The notes under the pieces: model-generated
Seen by the model: the letters and a program-made list of their open reading frames with translations, nothing else
Told to the model about the DNA's origin: nothing
Databases searched by the model: none
DNA from: Chrysomallon squamiferum
Lineage: Eukaryota > Animalia > Mollusca
Assembly (NCBI GenBank): GCA_012295275.1
Contig: CM022676.1
Location: 3,100,001-3,164,000, forward strand
Reading direction: 5' to 3'
DNA length: 64,000 bases
Shown: positions 1 to 50,983 of the stretch, one piece after another
Numbering within the stretch: position 1 is the first letter of the stretch
Layout: each line of letters begins with the position of its first letter
Made by a program: the position numbers and the translations under genes

Positions 1-394
1 GGCGCTGTTATAGTCAGTTTAATTTGTTTTCGATTAGGACAGCTGGTGTTGTTGACCGGGTTCTGGTGTTCAACAAGGTAGTTTTTTTTTTTTTTTTTTT
101 CGGGGGTGAGATGTTTGTTAGTTTTCTTCTTCTTCTTTCTTTCTGTTCGTTTTTTTTTTTTTTTTCTTTATGTTCGTTATTTTTCTTTCTTTCTTTTTAT
201 TTATTTAATTATTTCAGATCTTGTTTTCTGTTTTTTTTTATTTGTTTGTAGTTGTTAGGTGTTTTTTCTTGGTTTTGTTAGATGTGCTTTAGTTTGGTCT
301 TGGGGGATTTTGTTTATTTGGGTGGGATCGGTTTTATTTATTTATTTATTTATTTTTTATCAACTATAACCCATTGACTCCAGCCTCCGTAAAC

Positions 395-431
<37 letters not shown>

Positions 432-652
432 GTTGTTGTTGTTGTTGTTCTTGTTGTTGTTCTGGTTGTGGTTTTTATTATTGCTATTACTATTAGTACT
501 ACTACTACTACTACTACTACTACTACAACTACTACTTGTTATACTACTACTGCTGCTGCTGCTGTTATTATTGTTGTCATTGTGAATTTTGATATATTAG
601 TATTATTGTTGTTGTTATTATTAGGATTTTTGATTCAGACAGACCAAATAAA

Positions 653-686
<34 letters not shown>

Positions 687-1226
687 GTAGTAGAGTTGAT
701 ACACGTAATTCAATTCAGCTAATAGCCATTGGTGATTTTACAGGTAGATTCTGAAAATTTGAATTTAGTTAGAAGATAAATTTTTAATGAACAATATATG
801 CATCAATAACTATTAACACATATTGAAATTAACTACTCAAAAGCAACTTTATTTATCTAATACCAGCGTGTATATCATTTTCATTGTGCGTGTGTCGTTT
901 TGCGGGGGGTTTTGTGGGGGGTTATTATATTTATGAAGTAGTAGATTTATGAATATTCTTTAACCTCTTCATATCTGTCACTCTGGACAGTGATTATCTC
1001 GTCTCGGCAAAGTTATTCTCTATTATCAAACAGAAATTATTAAGAACTGTATGTTTTATTTTAACTGTTTGTTGTATCAAAATAGTACGTTATAATTATA
1101 ATGAGGTTAGACTTACAATCTCCACCATTTTCGATTATTAGACAGCTAAACAGATCGTTATGCAAAAACTAGGATATATAGCACCAAGCAAGAACAAAAA
1201 AAAAAAAAAAAAATAAAAAAAATAGG

Positions 1227-1349
1227 TGACGTAAACTCACAAAATGATCTAATTTAGGTTACCTCATTACGTCATCATTTTAGCTGCGAGACTCACGTTA
1301 CAGAAATCGAATCGTTCAGGCTATAGAGAGGTGTGTTTTGCATACAATG

Positions 1350-1405
<56 letters not shown>

Positions 1406-1540
1406 TTTCGTTTCTTCTACTTGCGGTAATAGAAGCGTTTGCCGTTGAGTAAAGGAAATTATGTCGAATAGGCAAGAAGAGTCCTGAACAGGAAAGTTTT
1501 AATCAGCTGTGACAAACTCGCATTTCAAATCAAAGTTAGT
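1227..1540 (+). promoter_or_regulatory. Putative promoter / 5'UTR exon block of the array genes (paired CRE-like TGACGTAA..TTACGTCA, GGAAAGTTTT, donor-like GTTAGT)
   Basis: TGACGTAA at 1227-1234 and TTACGTCA at 1267-1274. The block recurs upstream of every copy (11092/11135, 19991/20029, 29464/29505, 38778/38819). The ATG exon is preceded by a splice acceptor, implying an upstream non-coding exon; a donor-like GTTAGT sits at 1535. Confidence 0.4.
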
Positions 1541-2352
1541 CTTCCATGTTTAATCTAATACTTATTATCCTTGTGGAATGATAACTTTGAGTCTCGACAA
1601 TACTTTTTCTCCAATATCAAACTCAGATTAAATAGAAATGAACTTAATTATTCATTGTTTTGTGTGTGTGTGTGCGTGTGTGTATGCGTGTGTGTATGTG
1701 TGTGTGTGTCTTTCTCTATGCCTTTATGTCCTACAACAACTATAAAGAGTAGCAAGATTTGATGACTACTTTAATTTATATATTTTCGTTCACTAATAGA
1801 CACATCTCCAGTGGTCTAAACCATTTTGAAAAATGGTTTTCATTTTAAAAATAGCAAATGAAGTTTTGTTATTTAAGAATTGTTTTGTTTTTAATGTATA
1901 GTTCTGATAGATAAAAAACCCAAAATAAAAACAAAACAAAAAAAAGCATTATACCCGTTAATCTACTATTCTCGAAAAGTGTGAATTGAGTTCTATAATA
2001 GTTTATTTTTTTAATTATTACTTAGGATTACATGGTAAAAAGAAAGTACTAGTTTCTGTCAAAATCAAAAGGTAAAGCAGTTCGTCCGAGTCTCAATGCA
2101 TTCGGCATTTTAACCTTCAAAAGATAAAGCTAATTTCTTAAGATAGCAACCAGTTATTCATTGTGTCTGAGAGTGTGTTTGTGTGTATGTGTTTGAGTAT
2201 GTGTTTTATAGATATACATACATTATCCTCAGTTAACTTACAATTACTTGAATAATTCAATTAAGCTAAAATGTCACTTTTTCATAAATTATACCTTTAA
2301 TATATTTTCGTATTTCAGAATGAACGTCACAGAAAAGAAAAAATAGAAGATC

Positions 2353-9808
<7,456 letters not shown>

Positions 9809-10040
9809 GCTGTAGTCGAAGATGTATATTATTTTAATCACCATAGCCATGACTGTTTTTGTAAATAGATACATAGATGGATAGAGAGATAGATTTACAT
9901 ATCTAGACAGAAAGATAGGTAGATCATACATACATCCATAAAATCATACGTTGATATACATATAAAAAGCTCACATACATTCATACATATTAACATATAT
10001 ACAAACGTATACACACACATATATATATACATATATATAT

Positions 10041-10080
<40 letters not shown>

Positions 10081-11210
10081 ATGTATACGTATATATATAT
10101 AAATACATACGTAAAAATATACATGAGTGTGCATGTGCATGAGCTAGGGTGTTTGTGTGTGAACTTTAATTAACTGTCACGAATCACGCTGCCATAAACA
10201 AGATGAATGTGCCATATGCTTTTCATTATCATCATCATCACTGTTGTTGCTTTTCATTTTGTTACTGTTTTTATTATCCTCTAAAATGTAACACAAGGTT
10301 CTGTGTTCGTTAAAAGGAATCATATTTAATGAGCATTTCCAAAGAAAACAAATTACATTTCAACAAATACTAAAAATACAATTTTATGAAAACGTTCAAC
10401 AGGAAAACAACAGTGCAAAATGAGACTCGCAACATTTCTAAACTAAATCAAAGGTATACTAAAATCTAGCACTGAAATTATGTAGTAAGTAATGTTGTAC
10501 ATTATAATTTGGATGATTTATATTAAGTTTTCAAAAATATATAGTAAAAGAAACCCCCCAAAACAAGATATCAAACAAATGTACTACAATAATACTATGT
10601 CTTTATCTAATACACTATGTATTCATTGAATAAAGTGTCTTGTATGCTGATATGTGTTAGTTCCATTATATCATTTAATAGAGATTAATTGAACTCAATA
10701 ATTCATTGATCGTTTATTTACTACTATAGCTATTGCAATTGCTCCTACCACTATCGTTTTTGCTTTCGCTACTATTATTATTTGCTTCCACAACTATTAT
10801 TATTTTATTATTATTATTACCACTGCTGCTATTATTAATAACGTCACTAATGTTGCTACCGCTGTGGTTACAATGGTTACAACTAATACTACTTATGTTA
10901 AAGATAATACACTCAACTCTTCCTCTCCTCCTACTGTTATGAATACTAGGTTTACTACTGCTAGTGTGAGTGTGTTTGTTGGACAATCACTATCGTTAAA
11001 CAGATCGTTATGAATAAACTTGGAAATACTGCACCGAGCGAGAACACATCAAGAAAAGAAGAAGAAAAAAAAAAAAGACGGTCGAAATAGATGACGTAAA
11101 ACAACAAAACGATCTAAAATTTAGGCGACATTTATTACGTCATCATTTTAGCAGCGATAGTCATATTACAAACATGAGGTGCAGGTTTTGCATCAAATAA
11201 GCACCAATTA

Positions 11211-11263
<53 letters not shown>

Positions 11264-12030
11264 TTTTATTAGTTAGTTTTTGTTCATTCACTTGCAGTAA
11301 TAGAAGCGTTTGGCGTTGACTAAAGGAAATAATGTCCAATATGTAAGAAGAGTCTTCAACAGGAAGGTTTTAATCAGCTATGTCGAACTCGCATTTCAAA
11401 TCAAAGTTAGTTATCACTGTATAACCTAATAATTATTATCAATACGGTTAAATAGAAATTACAATGTCAGTTTATCAATTGAATAGAAATGAATGTTTTA
11501 AATTAATTATTAATTGTATATGTGTGTGTGTCTGTCTGCTCTCTGTCTGTCCTACAACTATAAACTGCAGACAGAATTGACGAGTCCATTAATTTATATA
11601 TTTTCTTTCACTAATTGATATATTCTAAGTCACATCTTCAATAGACTAGATCATTTTGAAAACATTTTTCATTTTAAACATAATAAATAATTTTTGTTAT
11701 TTAAGTGTTTGTTTTGTATAATTCTTGTAGGCCAAAACAACAACCATTTAAATTTTTTTATTATTTAGTATTTGAGGATAAAAAGAAATTACTGGTTCTT
11801 GTCAGATCGCCATTTTAAGCTTCATAAGATAAATGTGTCTGTGACCGTGTTTGTGTGTATGTGTTTGAGTGTGTTCTTTATATATCGATACTTTAACCTC
11901 AGTTAACTTATAATTACTTAAATAAATAAATGAAGATAAAATACATCTTTTTCATTAATTATATCTTTAATATATTTGGTTGATTTTCATTTTCAGATTA
12001 AACGTAACAGAAAATTGGAAATAGAAAATC

Positions 12031-18734
<6,704 letters not shown>

Positions 18735-18943
18735 GCTGTTGTCGAAGATGTATATTATTTTAATCACCACAACCATGACTGTTTTTTGTAGATAGATACT
18801 TACATTGATAGAGAGAGAGACATATTTACTTATATAGAAAGATAGGTACATCTTATATACTTCCATAAAAACATACGTACATACATTCATAGTTAGAAAC
18901 ATATATACAAAATATATACACATATATACATATACATACATAC

Positions 18944-19024
<81 letters not shown>

Positions 19025-19826
19025 TACAACCATTCATACAAACATATATGTGTGTGCATGTGCGTACGTTAGTGAATTGTCTTCTACCACAGTGCCATAA
19101 ACAAGGTGGATGTGCCTTATGCTTTTCATTATCATCACCATCATCATCATCATCACTGTTGTTTTTATTCAGTTTGTTACTGTTTTTATTATCCTCTAAA
19201 ATGTTACACAAGGTGGCGTCCTCGTTAAAAGAAATCACATTTAATGAGTATTTCAAAAGAAAATAAATTACTTTTCAACAAATACTAAAAATACAATATT
19301 ATGAAAACATTCAACAGAAAAACAACAGTGTAAAATGAGATTCCCAACATTTCTAAATCAAATCAAAGGTATACTAAAACCTAGCACTGAAACTATGTAG
19401 TAGGTAAAGTTGTACATTATAATTTTGATGATTTATATCAAGTTTTCAGTAATATATAGATAAAGAAACCCACAAAAAAAGATTTCTAACAAATGTACTA
19501 GAATAATACACAAAGTTTTCACTGAATAAAGTGTCTGTATACTGATATGTTTTAGTTCCATTATATCATTTACTGGAGATTAACTAAACTGAATAATTCA
19601 TTCATCGTTTATTTACAACTAGAGCAACAACTACTGTTTTTCCTTCCGCTACTATTATTATTATTACTGCTATCACTATTATTATTAATTCCACAACAAT
19701 TGCTGCTACTATTAATAACGTCACTAATATTGCTACCACTATGGTTACAACGTTACGACTAATGTTACTTCTGTTAAAGATATTACATTTAATTCCCTCC
19801 TCCCCTTCTACTACTAGTTTTACTAC

Positions 19827-19874
<48 letters not shown>

Positions 19875-20123
19875 TACGTGCTACAGCCACTGTCATTTTC
19901 GAGTATCATACTGCAGAAACTTAAAAATACTGCACCAAGAATGAAAAAAAAAACAAGAAAAAAAAAAAAAAACCAGACGGTCGAAATTGGTGACGTAAAC
20001 TCACAAAACGATTTAATTTAGACATTTATTACGTCATCATTTTAGCAGTCATAATCATGTTACAGGATCGATTCGAGCAGATTATAAAAAGGTGTGATGG
20101 GCACCAAATCTTTTATTATTATC

Positions 20124-20172
<49 letters not shown>

Positions 20173-20967
20173 TATTTTTATTTCTTCTACTTCCAGTAAT
20201 AGAAGCGTTTAGCGTTGAGTAAAGGAAATAATCTCCAATATGTAAGAAGAGTCTTGAACAGGAAAGTTTGAATCAGCTGCGTCGAACTCGCATTTCAAAA
20301 CAAAGGTAGTCGTCCATGTTTAATCTAATGATTATTATCAATACGGTTAAATACGTAGAATTACAACGTTCAGTCTCGGCAATGCTTCTTCTTTGATATC
20401 AGATCAGATTGAATTGAAATGAATGTTTTAACTCAATACTTCATTTTATTGTATGTGTGTGTGTGTCTCTGTCTGCTGTCTGTCTGTCCTACAACTATAA
20501 ACTGGAGACAGAATTGATGAGTCCATTAATTTATATATTTTCTATCAGTAATTGATATATTCTAAGTCACATCTTCAGTAGACTAGACCATTTTGAAAAC
20601 AGTTTTATTTTAAACATAATAGATACATTTTTGTTATTTAAGAATTATTTTGTATAATTCTTGTAGGCCAAAACAAATACCACTTAAATTTCTGTATTAT
20701 TTAGTATTACAGGATAAAAAGAAATTACAGGTTCTTGTCAGATCGCCATTTTAAGCTTCATAAGATAAATGTGTCTGTGACTGTGTTTGTGTGTATGTGT
20801 TTGAGCGTGTTCTTTATATATCGATACATTATCATCAGTTAATCTATAATTACTTAAATAAATAAATTACGATAAAAATATACCTTTTTCATTAATTATA
20901 TCTTTACTATATTTGGTTAATTTTCATTTTCAGATTAAAGGTCACAGAAAAGCGGAAGTAGAAGATC

Positions 20968-28188
<7,221 letters not shown>

Positions 28189-28384
28189 TCGAAGATGTAT
28201 ATTATTTTAATCATCATAGCCATGAGTGTTTTTGTAGATAACATTGATACATAGATCGACAGATACATATTTTCGTAGATAGATAGAAATATAGGTAGAT
28301 CATACACACATCCATACAAACATACGTACTTATATACATACAATACGCACATACATTCATAAATACAAACATATGTTCACATAT

Positions 28385-28427
<43 letters not shown>

Positions 28428-29556
28428 TAGAAATATACATAAGTGTGCATATGGATACGCTAGTGTGTTTGTGTGTGAAATTTTGTTAATTGCCTTGAAG
28501 CACTTTGCAATAAACAAGATGTATGTGCCATATGCTTTTCATTATCATCATCAACATCATCATCATTGTTGTTATTCATTTTGTTACTATTTTTATTATT
28601 ATCACTATGCTCTAAAATGTAACACACGGTAGTATTTTCGTTAAAAGAAATTATATTTAATGAGCATTTCAAAAGAAAAAAATTACATTTCAACAAATAC
28701 TAAAAATACAATTTTATGAAAACGTTCAACAGGAAAACAACAGTGTAAAATGAGATTCCAAACATTTCTGAATCAAATTAAAGGTATACTAAGACCTAGC
28801 ACTGAAATTATATGCTAGGTAATGTTATACCTTATAATTTTGATGATTTATATTGTTTTGAAAATATAGTAAAAGAAACCCACAAAAACAAGATTTCAAA
28901 CATATGTACTAGAATAATACTATGTCGTTATCTAATACACTATGTATTCATTGAATAAAGTGTTTGTATGCTGATATGTGTTTTTTCCATTATATCATTT
29001 CATAGAGATTAACTAAACTGAATAATTCATTGATCGTTTATTTACTATTCTATTACAATTGCTACTACAACTACCGTTTTTGCTTTCGCTACTATTATTA
29101 TTATTACTTACTATTATTATTTCCTTACTACTATTATTATTACTGCCGTTACTACTACTATTATTATTTCCTCAACAATTATTGTTAATATTTCTACCAC
29201 TTCTAATTTTAATAACGTCAAGAATGTTGCTGCCTCTATGGTTACAACGGTTACAACTAAATATATTACATTTAATTCTTCCTCTCCTCATGCTGTTATG
29301 AATACTAGTTTTACTACTACTAGTGTGTGTGTATGTGCTACATCCTCTATAATTTTCGAGTATCAGACTGAAAAACAGATCGTTATGAATAAACTTGGAA
29401 ATACTGCACCGACCGAGAACACACAAGAAGAAGAAGAAGAAAAAAAAAGACGGTCGAAATAGATGACGTAAAGTCACAAAACGATCTAATTTAGGCGACA
29501 TTTATTACGTCATCATTTTAGCTGCGATAAACACGAGGTGTGTTTTGCATCAAATG

Positions 29557-29624
<68 letters not shown>

Positions 29625-30343
29625 TTTTATTTCTTGTTCATGCAGTGATAGAAGCGTTTGGCGTTGACTAAAGGAAATAATGTCCAATATGTAAGAAGAG
29701 TCTTCAACAGGAAGGTTTTAATCAGCTATGTCGAACTCGCATTTCAAATCAAAGTTAGTTATCACTGTTTAATCTAATAATTATTATCAATACGGTTAAA
29801 TAGAAATGAATGTTTTAACTTAATTATTAATTGTATATGTGTGTGTGTCTGTCTGTTCTATGTCTGTCCTACAACTATAAACTGCAGACAGAATTGATGA
29901 GTCCATTAATTTATATATTTTCTTTCACTAATTGATATATTCTAAGTCACATCTTCAGTAGACTACACCATTTTGAAAACATTTTTCATTTTAAACATAA
30001 TAAATACATTTTTGTTATTTAAGAATTATTTTGTATAATTCTTGTAGGCCAAAACAACTACCATTTAAAATTTTTTATTATTTAGTATTACAGGATAAAA
30101 AGAAATTACCGGTTCTTGTCAGATCCCCATTTTGAACTTCATAAGATAAATGTGTCTGTGACTGTGTTTGTGAGTATGTGTTTGAGTGTGTTCTTTATAT
30201 ATCGATGCATTATCCTCAGTTAATTTATAATTACTTAAATCAATTAAGATAAAATATACCTTTTTCATTAATTATATCTTTAATATATTTGGTTCATTTT
30301 CATTTTCAGATTAAAGGTCACAGAAAAGTGGAAATAGAAAATC

Positions 30344-37565
<7,222 letters not shown>

Positions 37566-39728
37566 GCTGTAGTCGAGGATGTATATTATTTAAATCACCA
37601 TAGCGATGACTGTTTTTGTAGATAGATACTTAGGTAGACAGACACATATTTACGTAGATAGATAGAAAGATAGATCATACATACATCCATACAAACATAC
37701 GTACATAAACACACACAATACGCAAATACATTCATACATATGAACATACACACACAAATGCGTACATATATAAAAGTATATATATATATATATATATATA
37801 GGTACATATATACATGAGTGTGCATGTGCATGCGCTAGTGTGTTTGTTTGTGAACTTTTGTTAATTGCCTTGAACCACATTGCCATAAATAAAATGAATG
37901 TGCCATATGCTTTTCATCATCATCATCATTGTTATTCATTTTGTAATGGTTATATTATCCTCTAAAATATAACACAAGATGGTGTTTTAGTTAAAAAAAA
38001 TCATATTTAATGAGCATTTCAAAACAACAATATTACATTTCAACAAATACTAAAAATACAACTTCATGAAAACGTTGAACAGGAAAACAACAGTGTGAAA
38101 TGAGATTCGCAGAATTTCTTAATCAAACTAAAGTTATACTAAAATCTAGCACTGAAATTATATAGTAGGTAATGCACATTATAATTTTGATGATTTGTAT
38201 TAAGTTTTGAAAAGATATAGGAAGAGGAACCCACAAAAACAAGATATCAAACAAATGTACTAGAATAAAACTATGTCATTATCTAATACACTCTGTATTC
38301 ACTGAATAAACTGCCTGTATGCTGATATGTGTTAGTTCCATTATATCATTTGATAGAGATTAACTAAACTGAATAATTCATTTATCATTTATTACAACTA
38401 TAGCTATTACAATTGCTACTACAACTACCGTTTTTGCTTCCGCTACTATTATTATTATTACTGCTACCATTACTATTATTATTTCCTGAACAATTATTAT
38501 TAGTATTACTACCACTGCTACTATTAATAACGTGGCTAATGTCACGGCCACTATGGTTACAATGGTTACAACTAAATATATTACATTTAATTCTTCCTCT
38601 CCTCCTGCTGTTATGACTACTAGTGTTACTACTGCTAGTGTGAATGTGTGTGTGCTACAGCCACTATAATTTTCGAGTATCAGACTTGAAAACAGATCGT
38701 TATGAATAAACTTGGAAATACTGCACCGAGCAAGAACACACAAGAAGAAGAAAACGAAAAAAGACGACCAAAATAAGTGACGTGAACTCACAAAACGATC
38801 TAATTTAGGCGACATTTATTACGTCATCATTTTAGCAGTGATAATCATGTTACAGAATCGACTTTTGCAGGTTATAGGCACATGTGTTGGGCCCTAAATG
38901 ATTTATTATTATTATTATTATTATTATATTTTGATTTCTTCTACTTGCAGTAATAGAAATGTTTGGCGTTGAGTAAAGGAAATGATGTCCAATATGTAAG
39001 AAGAGTCTTCAACAGGAAGGTTTAAATCAACAATGTCGAACTCGTGTTTCAAATCAAAGTTAGTCTTCCATTTTTAATCTAATAAGTATTATCAATAACG
39101 GTTAAAGCAATTCTCGTAGAACGACAACGTTGAGTCTCGGCAATACCCGTTCTTTGATATCAAATCAAATTAAATAGAAATGAATGTTTCGACTTAAACA
39201 TTAATTGTATGCGTGTGTCTCTGTCTCCTCTTTGTATGTCCTACAACTATAAACTGGAGATAGAATTGATGAGTCCATTAATTTATATATTTTCTTTCAC
39301 TAATATTCTAAGTCACATGTTGAAAATATTTTTCAATTTAAACATAATAAATACATTTTTGTTATTTAAGAATTATTTTGTATAAGTCTTGTAGGCCAAA
39401 ACAGCTACCAGTTAAATTATTGTGTTATCTAGTATTACAGGATAAAAAGAAATCACTGGTTCTTGTCAGATCGAAAGGTAGAAACTGCTCCGCCGAGATT
39501 CACTGCATTCGCCATTTTAACCTTCATAAGATAAATGTGTCTATGACTGTGTTTGTGTGTATGTGTTTGAATGTGTTCTTTATCGATACATTATCCTCAG
39601 TAGTTTATAATTACTTAAATAAATAAATTAAGATAAGATATACCTTTTTCATTAATTACATGTTTAATATATTTGGTAGATTTTCATATTTCAGATTAAA
39701 GGTCACAGAAGACTGGAAATAGAAGATC

Positions 39729-46204
<6,476 letters not shown>

Positions 46205-47416
46205 GCTCTAGTGGAAGATGTATATTATTTTAATCACCATAGCCATGACTGTTTTTGTAGATATATTGATATATAGATAGACAGACAGACTGACACGTAT
46301 ATACATATATATACATACACAAATAGAAACATAATATATACATGCATATATACATACACACATACATACACACATACAAATATACATTAGTGTGTATGTG
46401 CATACGCTTGTGTTGTATGTGTGAGTGTGTTTTTGTGTGAACCACATTGCTAATCAAAATGAATGTGCCATATTCTTTTCATTATCATCATCATCATCAT
46501 CATCACTGTTGTTCTTATTCGTTTTGTTACTGTTTTTAGTATTATCCCCACGCACTAAAATGTAGCACAAGATTGAGTGTGAGTTAAAAGTAATCATATT
46601 TAATGAGCATTTCAAAGGAAAATAAATTACATTTCATCAAACATTAAAAATTACAATAATATGAAAACATTCAGAAGGAAATAACAAAGTTTAAAATGAG
46701 ATTCGCAACATTTCTAAACCAAACTAAATTAGTGTTCTGCTATTTGTATTTCAAACTTTTAATAGTTCCAACACTTGAATACATAAATCCCGGATCTACA
46801 AAATTCATATCTGATACATAGTGTTTGTTTTATACAAGTCAGGAATAAAATCTATAACAACTCAGTGATGTGTAGTATGCTGATCTCCCTAGACAAAAAC
46901 AAATAAAATAATAGCTAAATAAAGTAATCATCTACATACGTATATGAATGTATTAACATAAAGAATAGCAAATGATGTCTAAACAACTTAGTAATAATAA
47001 TAATAATCATAAAAATAATAATTATAATAATACAAATAATAATAATAATAATATAAATTAATTTTCAAAAAAGTTAAAATGTGACGCTTGACTAATAGAA
47101 TAAAAGCAATGTAATTTTTTCTTCTTTTTTTTTTCTTTTTTCTTTCTTTATTTTCTTTATTATTTTTTTTTTATTCACACTATTTCAAATTATTACATGA
47201 AATATTTTAGCATTTACTACTTTTTGTTTGTGTCGATTTAGTCAAATAAATTTTCAAATACAACTGATATATATATAAAAAATCAATTTCAGGTATTATA
47301 CAAGAACAAACACCTATCAAAATGAAAATATATATATATATATATAAAAAGAAAGAACAATTCTATCTATCTATATATCTATCTATATCTATATATATAT
47401 ATGTATGTATGTATGT

Positions 47417-47465
<49 letters not shown>

Positions 47466-48049
47466 GTACATTTTAAGCTGACATCATAGAAGGTAGTAAG
47501 TAAAAATATTTCTTACGTGATTATAACGCACAGCATAAAAGAAAGTCGACAAGAGCCGCTTACCGGATCTGAAAAACAGAAAAAATCATTAAATTTAGAT
47601 TGTAGATAAAATCATCCATTGTTTAAAATACAATCGTCGATCATGTAGTCTATTCTATTTGACAAGATCTTCTGAAAAATACATATCATTTTGTAAAATA
47701 TTGTAGGTTTGTTTCATAGTAAAAAAGACTAAATAAATAAATAAATAAATCAATAAAAACTCGTCAATAAAAAGACCAAAGATAAGAAAATAATTAGAAT
47801 TTTATTTATAATATCTAATCACATATATGTGTGTGTGTTTGTGTGTGTGTGTGTGTATGTGTGCGGATTTCTGTATGTTTTAATAAATAGTATTTGAAGA
47901 AACAAATAATGTTTATGATATTTGAATAGAAGAGAACCTTATTACACCAGGCTCTTATACAACGTCGCATGGGGAATGTGTACACTGTACGTAAACACAC
48001 ACACATACATATATTATATCAGCTGAGATTTGTTTTACAAATAACTCAC

Positions 48050-48206
48050 AGACATCTTTGATGACGCCTAACATCAGATATAGAGAAAACACTGTGATAA
48101 AGTATAACAATAAATAATACATAATTGAGAATGAGCCAGGTGTAGATTTTTATTTCTATGTGATGTTATATTGTCTATATATATTTATATATGTAAATAT
48201 ATATAC

Positions 48207-48294
<88 letters not shown>

Positions 48295-49769
48295 GATATG
48301 TCTCAAAACATCCATGACATTACAATCAGTTCTCTTTAAAGTTTTTTTTTAAAAACATTACTTTTTCGTCATGAAATACATGTACGACTCATATAAACAA
48401 CAAGAACAAAAAGATAATAATAATAATAATAATGATAATAATAATAATAATAATAATAGTAATAGTAATAATAATAATAATAGTAATAATCATAATCATA
48501 ATAATAATAAGTAATTAATTAAAATGTAAATAAATAAAAAATAAAACTATAATTTACAAAATAAAGAAAGAAAAATGAAAAGTAAAAGAGAAAGAAAAGA
48601 AAGAAAAATAAATAACTAAAGAAATGTCAAACCTGAAGAAAGAAAGTTCATCCTTTAAATTTTTTTACTTTATCACTCAGACTACTTTTTTCCTAACATG
48701 ATGTTAAAATAATAAGGAAATACGTTAACGTCTATTCCAAGAAAGAAAGAAAAAGAAAATAAGAATAAACAGAAAGACAACAAATAGAACTACATTACAC
48801 TCACCTCGTTCTTTATCCGCCAGTAAAATTTTATTAGTTGAATTCACAGATGGTTTTCTTTGATCAATCATCAGTCTATTTATAGCACCACAGAATATTT
48901 TCTTTCCTATATCAGAATGATTGATGCTATATGTCAAATTTAATTTTGCAAGTCTTTTCAATGTAAGCAGATCTCCATTCCTGCCATTAAGAAGCTTGTC
49001 GTTGTCCAAGTACCACGTGATCTGTGACGCAATAGGTGCTGGATTAGCTCCAAGGACAACACAAGTAAAAACAATCGACGTTTCCCCACTGACTATCACA
49101 GAATTAGGCCACATTCCATAAAGCTCTGTGTTGACGTAATTGATGGGTGCTGGAAAACGAAGTAAACACAGAGATGAAAAATGTTTATATAATTACTTTT
49201 CTTTGTGCTTATGCACCGCAGTATTATGAATATTTCATGTAATTAGTATTATTGTTGTTGTTGTTGTTATTGTTATTGTTGTTATTATTATTATTGTTGA
49301 TTTTGTTCTTATTGTTATTTTTGTTGTTGTTGTTATTATTATTATTATTTCATATAATTATCTGTCTGTAGAAACGTATTTGTATTTGCTGTAGTTACTA
49401 AGTCAAATAAATGGTGCGATTGTATTTAATTATAACCATCCTTCATGTTGGTCATAAGATACATTTCTATACGTTATGTCAAATTAATAGTGGAAAACTT
49501 TTACTTAATTTTAATTGGTTCATATCTTTTAATGTATGTCATAACACGGCTGTATTGTCAGATGACTACTTCAAAAGTTTTTATTTTATGTTTGTTTGGG
49601 GTTTTTTAATTGTAATCCTGTATAATATGATTTCATATATGTTGTAACTTCCCTACATTTACTACAGTGACGCTTCAAATGAATGGTGAACATATTTTAC
49701 TTAAAGTTAATCATGCTTTACTTCATCTCAGTTGTATCTTACCTATGTATGCTGCGTGTATGTGTGTGC

Positions 49770-49845
<76 letters not shown>

Positions 49846-50290
49846 ATTTGTAATTAGAGCGTTGGTTATACGGTTAAGAACCATCCATACATATTTTGAA
49901 CGGATGAACAACGGAATAACTTACTATAAACGTCTAACTGAAACATTTTGCTAACTGATGTCGAATAGGAACACTGCCAGCCAGTTTCGTGGTCAAGACT
50001 GACCCTAGAGATTGTGAAATAGAATTTGCTTGAACTTCCATTGCCAGCGCATCCACATGAGTAATCAGGATCTGATTTGTTTTCTTTACACGACGACAAA
50101 ACGGTACAGACGCCATGTCCTTTTCGTTGGAACGTGACCGCCGACGTCACGTTTTCCGTAACCCAGCATTGAAAGGTGTGGTTGCGGAGCAGTACACTAC
50201 TGGCAGGTCCTTTGAGAATCACATCACCTACATATACAAATATCAGTTAGAAAAAACACAAAAACAATAACAATTTATGTCTAAACAATT

Positions 50291-50368
<78 letters not shown>

Positions 50369-50983
50369 ATACATTCTCAAGAAAGCAAGTTAAAAGTCAT
50401 TTCTTTAAATGAATAATGGTTGTCATTGATCGGAAGATTTTAGTTTCAGTGGGCACATTTTCGTCCAAGCTTTATTTATACCATTGCACAGGAATATATT
50501 TCGCAATGGTCTTTACTCAACCTTGAATGCATTCTTATTACAATAGTGTGAAATGATTTCATTATCTTCACTAAACCTCAGTTTACTGAGCTGGTTTGAC
50601 CTTGTAAAAAAGCACTAGATTATCGAGACTTTAATGACGCTAGCATTTACTGAAGACATTCTGTACCCTGAAAACATGCCCTACAGTACACTACATTGAT
50701 ATAAATAAAAATAAAAATAACATATATATATATTGAACATGCTTTTGAAAATTAACATCTGCATCAAAAGAAACAACAACAACAATAATAATACATGTGA
50801 CTGAAAGGCTCAGTTTCTCTGATTATCTGTCTGTGTGTACGTGTATGTCTATGTGTTTACGTATTTTTTACTTCTTTTTTTTATATTTCTGTTTTGTATG
50901 TGTGTGTATTCTATTCAGTCAATACCTGAAATATTTTCGAATCCAGTAAGCATTAACGAAAATATGACAGAAAGCCTCCACAT
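48050..50983 (-). CDS. Two-Ig-domain type I membrane protein related to the array genes
   Basis: Exons 50983-50926 (signal peptide MWRLSVIFSLMLTGFENISG), 50227-49925 (six-Cys Ig, FQC..VCTVLSSC..SCGC..WQC, same pattern as array Ig2/Ig3), 49149-48805 (C2-type Ig, FTCVVLGANPAP..ITWY..IFCGA), 48155-48050 (hydrophobic TM exon). A possible further small exon lies at 47568-47517. The frame of the 3' end is uncertain. Confidence 0.75.

Noticed and set aside
24-1762. Many ORFs rich in poly-I, L, F, T, Y, SL, RE, CV (here and throughout the window)
   Set aside because: They are translations of (AAT)n, (CT)n, (CA)n, (TAG)n and poly-T tracts, with no splice context or domain content.
2320-2346. Short upstream ORF (ATG AAC GTC ACA GAA AAG AAA AAA TAG) before the copy 1 start codon
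   Set aside because: It is present only in copy 1 (ATTAAA in the others), with no evidence of function.
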